A stretch of 64,000 nt of DNA, from NCBI RefSeq assembly GCF_002113885.1, contig NW_018404676.1, forward strand, positions 441,453 through 505,452, given 5' to 3'. Source of the stretch: Mizuhopecten yessoensis. Its lineage: Eukaryota. Within the stretch, counting starts at the first letter, position 1, and each line of letters begins with the position of its first letter. Positions 1-12,100 of this stretch are shown here, in pieces. The position numbers and the translations under genes were made by a program. A model generated the notes under the pieces. The model saw only the letters and a program-made list of their open reading frames with translations, made no database searches and was not told where the DNA came from.

Positions 1-2250
1 TAACACAGAAAAGGGGCTATACAGGTTTAACCGTCTTGTATACGGTATCGCATCAGCTCTGACAATTTGGCAAAGAACGATGGATACAATTTTTCAGGGG
101 TGAAGTGTATCATATACGACATGATACTTACGGGAAAAACCACTGAACAACACTTGAAAAACGTAAGTTCTGTGTTGGAACGACTTCAACAGTATAGCCT
201 TCGGGCAAATACGGAAAAGTGAATTCTTCAAAAAAACGTGTATCTTTCTGTGGTCATGAAATAGACAGTGAGGGACTACACAAAACGCAAGAGAAAATCG
301 AAACCGTGTTAAAGGCGCCCACACCAACTAACACTACAGAACTAAGATCGTTTTTGGGAATTGTGAACTATTATGGCCGTTTCCCGAAAAACGTTTCCGC
401 GATACTCAACCCACTCCATAAATTGTTGCAGAAAGACTTTAAGTGGGAGTAGGGCGAGGAATGTCAAAACGCGTTTGAGTAGGTCAAACGTATGGTCACA
501 TCAAAAGAGGTTCTCACACACTAAAATCCAGAGTTACCTATGAGAATTGCCAGTGATGCTTCTCCAAAAGGCTAAGGAGCCGTTCTTTCGCACGTCATTG
601 CTGACGGAAGTGAGCGACCCATTGCGTATGCTTCGCGTTTCTTGAATCAAGCTGAAAGAAATTATACACAAATTGACAAAGAAGCATTGGGTATAGTATT
701 GGCGGTGAAACGTTTTCACACATACTTATTCGGACGTCACTTCAGCATGATTACGGACCACCAACCGTTGGTGTCCATCTTCAACCCTCGAAAAGAGATC
801 TCTGTTGACAGCCTCTCGCGTATGCCAGTGAAATCCACAGAAAATGAGGTCAAGGTGGAGGAACTTGATGCGGTAGAGTTGTTGAACCTGTCACAGTTTG
901 ACACACTTCCGGTGAATCATGACCAAGTGAAACTCGACACACTTCGTGATCCGACATTGTCATCGGTCTATGAATGCGTCATGTCGGGTTGGAATCCGGA
1001 TATCCGTAACGGTGAGACGTAGGCATATTTTACAAGGAAAAACGAACTAACTGTACAGCATGGGTGCCTCCTATGGGAAATTCGTATGATAATTCCGCCT
1101 CGTCTGCGTACGCGTGTGCTAGAGGAGCTTCATTCGGGACACATCGGTGTGGTGAAGATGAAGGCACTCGCCAGAAGCTACGTGTGGTGGCCTGGCATAG
1201 ATAAAGACATTGAGACAATGACAAAAAGTTGTAATGGATGCCAGAATGTGAAACATGCCCCACCAGCGGCTCAAATACATCAATGGGAGTGGCCATACCG
1301 ACCTTGGAGTCGCTTACACATAGATTTCGCGGGACCATTTCTCGGTTCAATGTTCTTCGTAGTTGTAGACACCAACTCGAAATGGCCAGAAGTTGTACAA
1401 ATGAACACGACTACGTCCGAGAAAACCATTGAGGTTCTACGCACCAAAATAGCAAGGAACGGAATTCCTAGGCAAATTGTTAGCGATAATGGCCCTCAGT
1501 TTGTTTCTGAGGAATTTCGGAATTTCGTCAAATCCAATGGAATTCGGCATTCAACATCTGCGCCGTACCACCCCAGTACGAATGGCCTCGCAGAAAGATT
1601 TGTACAATCTTTCAAAATGGCCATGCGATCTAGCGCCAAGGACCATGGTTCGATCAACAAGAAACTTTCGAACTTTCTGTTGGCTTATCGGAATGCACCA
1701 CACACAGCGACAAACGAACTCCAGCAAAACTGTTCATGGGTCGAAATTTGTGTACCAGGTTGGACTTGATCAAACCTAACATCCAACGTCATTTGGAGGA
1801 TGCTCAAAGCAGAATGGTCGAGAAAAGGCATGTTACCAAACGATCATTTGAACCTGGACAAACAGTCATGATCAGAGACTATCGATTGAGTTAACCATCG
1901 TGGACGTCAGGAATCATCAGTTCTCGAACTTGTCCAGTATCATACAGTGTAGAGGTTGCTCCTGTCGTACTTTGGCGGCGTCCTCTGGATCAATTAAGGC
2001 ACTCGCACGTCGAGCCTAGTAGCATTGAATACGAGCCTAATGCCAAACAAACTCTTCCGACTGCGGATCACATTGTGTTACCAGAGGCAACAACACCACC
2101 TACTTCAAGTGATAGTATGGTGCAAACTACAAGTGATTCCAACGCCTGTCCGAGCTTACCTGAGAAATCCACTGTGGACACCCCTATCCGGCGTAATCCG
2201 AAGAGACATGCAGAAACTCCCAAACTGTTTGACAACTTTGTCAAGTTCTA
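1..2250 (+). mobile_element. Decayed Ty3/Gypsy LTR-retrotransposon pol (RT 3' part, RNase H, integrase); truncated by the left window edge
   Basis: ORF pieces carry RT thumb (ELRSFLGIVNYY), RNase H (AERNYTQIDKEAL, TDHQPL), integrase zinc finger (LHSGHIG...CNGC) and core (HIDFAGPF, SDNGPQF, NGLAERF) motifs in the Gypsy order RT-RH-IN. Many stops and frameshifts. No LTR pair visible. Confidence 0.93.
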
Positions 2251-2699
2251 GGTTGTTAGGACGTAGTTACACATGTACAGTGCCTGGGGCATAATACTCC
2301 CCAGTGTTGCTACAGGACTACAAGGTTCTATGTAGATATGTTCAAGTTCAGTAGTGAGTTTGTTATTGAATTCAGTATTGCTTTGGGTGACTAAATTGAT
2401 AAATTGAAATTGGTGTTTTAAAGTACTGTTAATTAGCCAGTAGATTAATAGTACCATGAACAGTAATCATGTGAATCCATCGGTAAAGACGTTCTGATTA
2501 AATTGTGGTAAATGGTTTTTCAGACTGGAACAAACAAAACTGTGGTGGAGGAATGTTGTGATTATGTGTTTATGACTTCCGGTCAGCATTCCGGATCCAT
2601 TGTCTGTATAAGTATATGCCTTGCAATGCCTTATGGGATATTCAATAAATACTGTTTTGACCTGAATGGCGGCTCTCCTAGTTTTCCCTGACAAAATTG

Positions 2700-3300
2700 T
2701 GTAGAACACAACAACTCCCATTGTAAGGATTGTAACATGTCAGATACACTGCTGGTGTTACGGTATCTGTTTGTGGGTTAACGAGCTGCCCTCCTTTGAA
2801 CTATTTCCAGCTGGTCAATCTGGTTCTTGGTGTGGGGGCTCAATAGAGCTGAGCAGTACTCCAGGCTGGGGCGAACAAGTGTATAGTATGCACGAGCCTT
2901 TGTTTCTTCGTTGGGAATCTTCAGATTCCTTCTTAGGAATCCAAGTGTGCTGTTCGCCTTCTTACAAACTCTATCGGTATGATGTTTCCACATGAGGTTT
3001 GCTGAGAGATCCACCCCAATATACTTGCTGGTACTGGTATCTTCAAGAAAATGAGCTTTGAGATGGTACTGCGCTTTTGTGATCTTCTTGTTCTTTGTGA
3101 CCCTCAGGACATTACACTTGTCTGGATGGAACTCAATTCCCCCCTTCTTTTCCCAGTCAGCGACTTCTGCTAGGTCTTGTTGCAGTATGTCGCTGTCTTC
3201 TTTTCCTCCTATTACCTTATAAACAATGCAGTCACCTGCAAATAGTCTAACCTTGGGTGGGACGTTGACATCAAAGTCATTGAAACACTGGAATATAAAT
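2700..3300 (-). mobile_element. Non-LTR retrotransposon (CR1/L2-like LINE) reverse-transcriptase C-terminal fragment, degenerate
   Basis: ORF 2778..3347(-): LFAGDC (from catalytic LFADD), LQQDL..W..F HPDKC, KYIGV, CKKANSTLGFLRRNL, LVRPSLEY, LEIVQRRAAR, typical LINE ORF2 post-RT motifs. A catalytic Asp is mutated. Confidence 0.88.
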
Positions 3301-4857
3301 GAGAACCAGAAACTGTGCATGCCCTGTTCTTGATTCAAACGGTGCATCCAATGAATGTGATGGAAATCAATACCGTTCTTGGAAGAGTTGCCAAGTAAGA
3401 AAGTCGTTTTCTTCTTTCTATGTTGCGTGAGACGGACATAGGAATGGACTTTACAAAATCAGTTTCCCTCCTCCTCTTCCTTTCTCCATTTAACCATGTA
3501 GTTATTCTTTACTGACGAGGATCACATCTTGTTGGATCAAACGGTATAAAGAATAACATAAAACCAATATCTGATACAATTTGAAGAAGTGACTTAATTT
3601 TGTATTCATACTTCCTTCCATTGGCTCAACGACTACCACATGTTGTTCAGTTTTACTTCTCCCTTATGCCCGCTATATTGTTTTTACGAAAGGATGTTAA
3701 GACAACTCTAATAAATCAATACCTAAATGCTAATAAAACACACGTGACAACATTTCTTGTGCAGGATAAAGTGAATACCCATCAAGCTTAGTATATAAAC
3801 TAATTGTGTAGCTATGATCTATACGGGATTAAGGCTTTACATCAGTAGTTGACTTTCAATTGATTATAGATGAAATTTAAACCTCACAATATTTGACAGC
3901 TCTCCTGGTGATCAGCATATCCAATAATCGGTCATACACATATTCCACTAAGGTTAAAAGATCCACAGGTGTCATAGTATTTATATTGATTGAAAGTGTC
4001 GCTATTAACTCTAGAAGAATGTAGTATCTATTAAACACGACATTGGGCCTTGTCTTACCTTTACTTAATTCTGTCCAATCGATACCATAACCACGGTCCT
4101 ATGCTAGGGATACCGATACCTAGTCCGAGAGATTAACACTGATCCCCCTTACCTGACACGCCTGGTATTCCCGTACCCCCTGTGTATAGTCTGGCCAGGG
4201 TATTACTGTGATACAAATCTCCACTACACCTCAAACGTAGACAATTAGGGCTTTTAAAGTGACATCTTCTACAAAATTCTGACCAACATTATCATCATTT
4301 TGTTCTTGTGATATTGCAACCTATTTGGACGGCTTTATAAGATTAAAGACTGAAAACACCAAAGAATATAGATTGAAAACATATCTAAATATCAAAATTA
4401 TATAGTTGTACATAACATCCATACTTATTTTGGATTTGTTTCCGCAGTACAAAAAAACATCAATCTACTAAAAACCTAATACATGTTTACCATTCTGTCC
4501 TGCATATGGATTATACGTGTTATTCTTGATTTGCGAATCCAAAGCAAAACTTGTACAAAATCATCAGGATTGATTTTGTTATGTACGCACTGTTGACGGA
4601 AGTGTTTAACATTCGTACTGTATCAACCTCGTTTTACAAGTTTGTCCTTGTATGTTGACGCTTGATATGTGTATGTTAATGATTAATTTTATTGTAAAGT
4701 GATTAAACATATATATATGAACTATGTAGGGTCTCATACGGAACAACGTTTGTGTACACCAGTGTTAGAACGTTTGACTACATCCCTTTAATTGTACAAC
4801 GTATCACTCACTTAGACAGCTTGTGATTGAATGATCGATTTCTACGTTCAAGTTACC

Positions 4858-4938
4858 ATATATAGGAAGCGCGGGGCAAACAAATTAAAGCCTTCCTAAA
4901 GATTCCAAACCGCCAGCATACCAAGACTATATACAAAG
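4858..4938 (+). promoter_or_regulatory. Possible TATA-like element plus short non-coding first exon of the large gene
   Basis: TATATAG near 4858-4865 and a strong donor AAAG|GTAAGA at 4938/4939. An acceptor (tttcgtcag|) at about 5980 precedes the ATG at 6015. Inference only. Confidence 0.3.
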
Positions 4939-6014
4939 GTAAGAGACGAAATGGCATGAGATATGTTTCTCAGTAAAATTTCATTGATTTTGATGGAAGA
5001 ACCAACCCGAGACCTTCTTTCCTCAAAACTGTTTGGATAAATTATTTTATTTTACGTAACAAACATTCCAGCAATAAACAATAAGTTTAAATAAATATCT
5101 GACGCGCGTTAATTCTGGCTGAATTTAATGACTTCGTTAATAATGTATCAATGATATTTAAACGGTTGAATGTGTCTGTCATGGTTTTTCCCCGCTAACA
5201 TTACTAACTTATTTACACAAGTGCAAGCATAAGCAAAACCAATTTTTAGTAGTTGTGTAGGGTCTTATTTCTGACGACAGCGCAGTGATTTAAGTCCGAT
5301 TTTCTATTAAAATATAAGTATTGCATCAAGAACTTCTTAAGAGTTGTGTCAATCTAAAGGATCTGAATAATACAGATATTTAACTCAATAAATAAATCGT
5401 TCAAAATATTAACACATATAAATAAATAAATATAATAGAATAAAATCAAAAGTTTAAATGAATTCGTTTTAGCATATTTTTTCATGGACTTATAAGAGAA
5501 GAACTTAATACAAAGTATAATAAGTTACAAACTGTTGCTATTTTGTTGAAGGAAAAATATTTTTTATGATAAACGTTCAGCAGAAAAAGCAAACATACAT
5601 GTGATCTATTGAAATAGCGCTTTTACTCTGTGACAATACGGACCAATGACAAATACAATGTTACCAATACCCCTGCCAGAAGGAGAGAAGGAAATTCGCG
5701 CAAAAAGAATTACCACGCAAAGAAAAAAGTACCAAATAGAGTACAATATTCCCTAGAACTTACGGAATGTGGTATTATTTTCAGAATTTTGTTAGCGACT
5801 GGTGTCTTCTTGTCGTACTTACGCCTTCTTGCATTGATATACACTACCATTGCTGTTTTTCTGGATTCAGCTGTTGATGTGTCCTTGATTATGTCATTGT
5901 TGTGATTTGTTACCATAGTTTCTCACTGGTTACCTCTTATTGCCTTATATCCACATTATAGTACGTTTATGTTTCGTCAGAAGTCTCCCTTCAACGGGAC
6001 ACAATATAGCAGGG

Positions 6015-6161
6015 ATGAGGCTCCTACGGGAACTTCGTTTATTCCTTCTCCTGATACTCGGTCTTGTGCCTGGGACCGTGGTGGGAACGCTTACCGGGCC
6101 GGAGTTTCTTGGAGGATCCATGAGCTTTGAAGCATTTGATGACCAATCACATAATATCCTG
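6015..6161 (+). CDS. Exon 1: signal peptide plus start of head domain
   Basis: MRLLRELRLFLLLILGLVPGTVVG-TLTGPEFLGGSMSFEAFDDQSHNIL: basic n-region, hydrophobic h-region, probable cleavage near VVG/T. Donor CTG|GTAAGT, phase 0. Confidence 0.85.
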
Positions 6162-9100
6162 GTAAGTCATTTATAATTTCTTATGTTAATTGCGAGAATG
6201 ATATAATTTAATTCAACTAAGGCTTTCACAAAAAACTTCAATTCTTATATATCATGTACATGTATATGTTACAATGGGACTTATTCTGAAGTTAACAACT
6301 GATGAGGATGGGCGGTCCCCTGATGTATATTTAGAAAAGTTGATGATGTGGAATGAGTGAAAAACTGAAAACTCTTATGATAATTTAAACGATCAGAAAG
6401 CGATTCCATTATTAGAGATGTTAAACACTTAAAGATATTCTACGAGTATTGATTGAGTTTGATTTATATCAATTCAAGTGACAAAGAAATACGTGATGAA
6501 TTTGGAACAGTAGTTCTTTAAATTATTAAAAAATAAATAAATCTGTTGTTAAAACTTATTCGCCTTCACGAGTATGTTATACTTAACATTTACTCATCCA
6601 GATGGATTTAAATAAAACAGAATGCTAACCGCTAACCACTATAGATATATTGTGTGTTTATCGTACACGAAAGTGAAGAAAGACCATTCTACGTCACGGG
6701 GCATGAGACAATTTCACAACACTCTCCAAAAACAAACCTATGCGATGAAAACCGAATGGTGAGCAAAATGAGCAAATTATGGAAAAATATACATAAACGT
6801 AATAACTTATGGGAAAAATATATAGATCTATTCTTACAACGGGAAAAAAAGTGAATCAAGTACGATATACAAGTTGATATTAACAAAGGCGAACACATTT
6901 TATAATTTTTATAAGAATTAAGAGAATAACGAGGAAAGGGTAGTAATCTTTTACAATGATTGTTTTTTTTTTACCATATCCCCAAATACTCTAGTGGTAC
7001 AAATGGGAATACATAATTATATTTGTTCTGATATTGTTTTTACCACGGTAAAGTAAATAGATAAAAGCAACTATTCAAGTTATATCAGATTAACGTGAAC
7101 GGTAGATACAATTGATAATACATATGAATTTACGTACATATTTGACTCTAGTCTCAAAACGGGATATAATAGCTGCTAAATAACTTTTTTTTATAATCTA
7201 AAAAGCCCATTAGAATCACAAAATATCTGCTAAAATACGTTTTTTGACAATATAATCACTAATTGTCAGAATTTAATCAGAAATGCATTCAGTTGTTTCA
7301 TTTTCATCTTCCTGACAATCGAGATGTCAGAACAAACTGTTTCACAAAGTCCTGACACATACGAAATCAGAAAGTCACTACACACACGGAATCAGAAAAA
7401 CCTTACACATACGGAATCAAAAGTCCTTACACATACGGAATCAAACAGTCCTTACACATACGGAACCAGAAAGTCCTTACACATACGGAATCAGAAAGTC
7501 CCTACACATACGGAATCAGACAGTCCTTACACATACGGAATCAGAAAGTCCTTACACATACAGAATCAGAAAGTCCCTACACATACGGAATCAAAAAGTC
7601 CTTACACATACGGAATCAAAGTCCCTACACATACGGAATCATAAAGTCTTTGCACATACGGAATCAGAAAGTCCTTACACATACGGAATCAGAAAGGCCT
7701 TACACATACGGAATCAGACAGTTCTTACACATACGGAATCAGAAAGTCCTTACACATATGGAATCGGACAGTTCTTACATATACGGAATCAGAAAGTCCT
7801 AACACATACGGAATCAGAAAGTCTTTTCACATATGGAATCAGAAAGTCCTTAAACATACGGAATCAGAAAGTCCTTACACATACGGAATTAGAAAACTTA
7901 ACACATACGGAATCAGACAGTCCTTACACATACGGAATCAGAAAGTCCTCACACATACGGAATCAGAAAGTCTTTTCACATATGGAATCAGAAAGTCCTT
8001 AAACATACGGAATCAGAAAGTCCTTACACATACGGAATTAGAAAACTTAACACATACGGAATCAGACAGTCCTTACACATACGGAATCAGACAGTCCTTA
8101 CACATACGGAATCAGAAAGTCCTTACACATACGGAATCAGAAAGTCCCTACACATACGGAATCAAAAAGTCCCTACACATACGGAATCAGAAAGTCCTTA
8201 CACATACGGAATCGGACAGTTCTTACATATACGGAATCAGAAAGTCCTCACACATACGGAATCAGAAAGTCTTTTCACATATGGAATCAGAAAGTCCTTA
8301 AACATACGGAATCAGAAAGTCCTTACACATACGGAATCAGACAGTCCTTACAAATACGGAATCAGAAAGTCCTTACATATACGGAATCAGACAGTCCTTA
8401 CACATACGGAATCAGAAAGTCCTTACACATACGGAATCAGACATTCCTTCCACATACGGAATCAGAAAGTCCCAACACATACGGAATCAGAAAGTCCCTA
8501 CACATACGGAATCAGAAAGTCCTTACACATACGGAATCAGACAGTTCTTACATATACGGAATCAGAAAGTCGTCACACATACGGAATCAGAAAGTCTTTA
8601 CACATATGGAATCAGACAGTCCTTACACATACGGAATCAGAAAGTCCTTACACATACAGAATCAGACAGTTCTTACACATACGGAATCAGAAAGTCCTCA
8701 CACATACGGAATCAGAAAGTCTTTACACATATGGAATCAGAAAGTCCTTACACATACGGAATCAGACATTCCTTCCACATACGGAATCAGAAAGTCCCTA
8801 CACATACGGAATCAGAAAGTCCTTACACATACGGAATCAGATAGTTCTTACACATATGGAATCAGAAAGTCCTCACACATACGGAATCAGAAAGTCTTTA
8901 CACATAAGGAATCAGAAAGTCCCAACACATACGGAATCAGAAAGTCCCTACACATACGGAATCAGAAAGTCCTTACTCATACGGAATCAGAAAGTTACTA
9001 CACACACGGAAACAGAAAGTCCTTACACATACGGAATCAGAAAGCCCTACGAATACGGAATCAGAAAGTCCCTACAGATACGGAATCAAAAAGTCCCTAC

Positions 9101-12100
9101 ACATACGGAATCAGAAAGTTCCTACACATACGGTATCAGAAAGTCCTTACACATACGGAATCAGAAAGTCCTTACACATACGGAATCAGAAAGTCTTTAC
9201 ACATACGGAATCAGAAAATCCTTACACATAAGGAATCAGAAAGTCCTTACACATACGGAATCAGAAAGTCCTTACACATACGGAATCAGAAATTCCCTAC
9301 ACATAAGGAATCACTGTCATCTCTTGTTTTCATTTCTGTTTCTTTGTCCTGCTTTCGCTCTTTAACAATTTAATACGATTGTCCACCTTCTTAAATATCC
9401 AGTCTGATAACCACACGTCACCGCTGATAATTATTATTTCCTTATACCACTTCTTATCCTCTGCTATGGTAATGCCTTTGTAAGCTCTGTGTAACAATGT
9501 TTTGACAAGCTGATGGAATAATGTGTGTGTGATTGTTTGAACTAAATGTTGAGGAATTGGTTGGTGTGTGTCATTCTTCTGTTCAGAGATATACTTTCCC
9601 TTACCAAGTTGCCATCGGAGATACCCCAGTAAAACCTAGTCATGAATGACACATCAAATAAGTGAATGGTTACATAGATTGTATATAGAAAGTTATATGT
9701 TGAAGAAACATCTCAGGAACTAGGCATCATACTTGAGGAACGCCTAAAGGGCATATGTGAATAAATGATTGTCATTAAGAGCAAGTTTAGAGTATCAGGA
9801 AGAGACTAGAGTGATTAACAAACCAGCTATCATAAACCGTGCTTCCAACAAATTGTGTGATGTACAAAATGTACTAGGAACAGCTTCAAGAATAGGACAA
9901 AGAATCCGGACAGAGAGGAGGGAGCTCCAACGAGGACAAACAATATGTATGTCGTGTTTCTGGCGGCGGACCAACAGATCAAGTAGGTTAAGCAGGATTG
10001 GAAGAAATTGGGCAGATTCTGAACCTGTTAGGTTGGCAAATACGATTTGTTTTTTCTTATTTTACTTTTAGAATTAAAACAGTGAGTGCATGATTGAAAA
10101 GAGAGTGTGGTAAATAAAATGGTCATCATATGTTTACTTTCATTACAACCATAATATTGAAAAAATGTATCATTCCACAAAAATAACAAATATATACCTA
10201 CATGTAGGTAAACGCGAAGATATTGACCGGCTGGCGTCTCGGTAAAGGTCAATGTGGATCAACATGTGACCATACTAGTATAGGAACTGACATAACTGGA
10301 AAACATCACAACATCCTGACAGCGAAAGGAAGCCCTACTTACTTCGGAAATTGGCAGGTAGAAGAAAAGATTCCAGGCCATCTTCCTGTACCAAGGGATG
10401 TCACACCGGAGGCAAACAGCAATGTTACTATCCAGGTGGTGGCTGTCAATGACATACTTCTATGGGAGTTGGACAAAGCCGAAGTTACAATAAAGATAAA
10501 CGAAGCAGCAGAATACACGGATTTCATTTGAGTTGCTAAAGATAGGGGTTTGAAATCAGATAAAAGCAAGAAATTAATTAGAAGTTACAATAAGGATAAA
10601 CGAAGCAGCAGAATACACGGATTTCATGTGAGATGCTAAAGATAGGGGTTTGAAATCAGATAAAAGCAAGAAATTAATTAGAAGTTACAATAAGGATAAA
10701 CGAAGCAGCAGAATACACGGATTGCATGTGAGTTGCTAAAGATAGGGGTTTGAAATCAGATAAAAGCAAGAAATTAATTAGAAGTTACAATAAGGATAAA
10801 CGAAGCAGCAGAATACACGGATTTCATGTGAGGTGCTAAAGATAGGGGTTTGAAATCAGATAAAAGCAAGAAATTAATTAGAAGTTACAATAAAGATAAA
10901 CTAAGCAGCAGAATACACGGATTTCATTTGAGTTGCTAAAGATAGGGGTTTGAAATCAGATAAAAGCAAGAAATTAATTATTGAGTTGTTTCCTCTTATA
11001 ATTTTTGTGCATGATAAAATGAAACCAATAGCAGTAGATAACCTTTTTTTTCGAACTGATAAAATTTAATATGATGCTTACACTTCGTTTTCAAATGCAA
11101 ACAATCACACGGTCATATACTTAATGTCTTTCATGAACATTCTCCATTGAAAAAGCTCATCCCATATGTGGTGAGGCAGATTGTAAACTCAATTATAACT
11201 ATTATTTCATAGTTATATTTAGATGTCGCCCAATGTGGCTGTGAGGTGTTGCTTATATATAGTATTTCTTTTTCATTTGTAACCATTTTTTCAATCTGAA
11301 ATCATTAGGGCAAAGCAGTGAGAGATTGCGTAGAGAGACAACATTTTTGTTGCCATCAGTTTTTTTTTCTTTATGTCACATGGTTAATTATATCTTTTGT
11401 TTAATTATCAATACATATTAGGGTCGTCAAACTGGACGAATTTCAGTAACCGGTTACTCGAAAAATCAACTGATTGAAAAACAAGTTAATCGGTCTGTTT
11501 TGTAATTATCAAACAATAACGAAAATATATACATTATACGTTTATCATATTTTATAATTCCCAACTTTGCATTTCTTTTAAAATCTGTTCAGGAGTTTTA
11601 TTGTTTTGTCGGCATCTCTTGGTCAGTCCATACTATTAAATACAAAAAACAACACCCTTGTATCTGCCTGATTGTTGTTATTGCAAATAAATCCAATTTC
11701 GGTCTCATGGATAGATAATTTATAAATATAAGCTAGGTGTACAGAGGGATCCCCAAAGAGCTAAATACATGTCCGACTTTTTAGTTAATGGCTGAGTAAC
11801 CGGTTATCCATTGACAATCCTAATACCTATGTACATTATGCTTTTTTAATAAACAGCAATCTTCTGAATGCAAAATATGTTTTTACAGATTTGAGGGTCT
11901 TAGTTGGACTCCTTTGTCAAAGCAGCCAACTATAAAACAATGGCACATGCAGCTCAAAGTTAACGCAAAACAGCGGAGTGACACCAACAGGCGTAACCGG
12001 AGTCCGATAGTGCAGATTACTCCATACATGAGGTCAGTACAAAATAACTGATATATAAATAACTCATTACATCATACATTAGGATTTCATTTTTACAATG

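Noticed and set aside
2250-2470. 3' LTR of the Gypsy element
   Set aside because: No clear polypurine tract or TG...CA boundaries, and no second LTR in the window to compare.
5630-5916. Overlapping short ORFs with hydrophobic stretches upstream of exon 1
   Set aside because: No recognisable motif or splice-consistent structure.
7324-9373. CRISPR-like array, or repeat-protein genes from ORFs 7324-7644, 8606-9373 and 8856-9365
   Set aside because: Units are contiguous with no unique spacers, the context is eukaryotic, and the ORFs arise simply because the 25-bp unit lacks stops. Indels shift frames freely.
10481-10980. CRISPR-like repeat-spacer structure
   Set aside because: The whole 100-bp unit is repeated, with no variable spacer.
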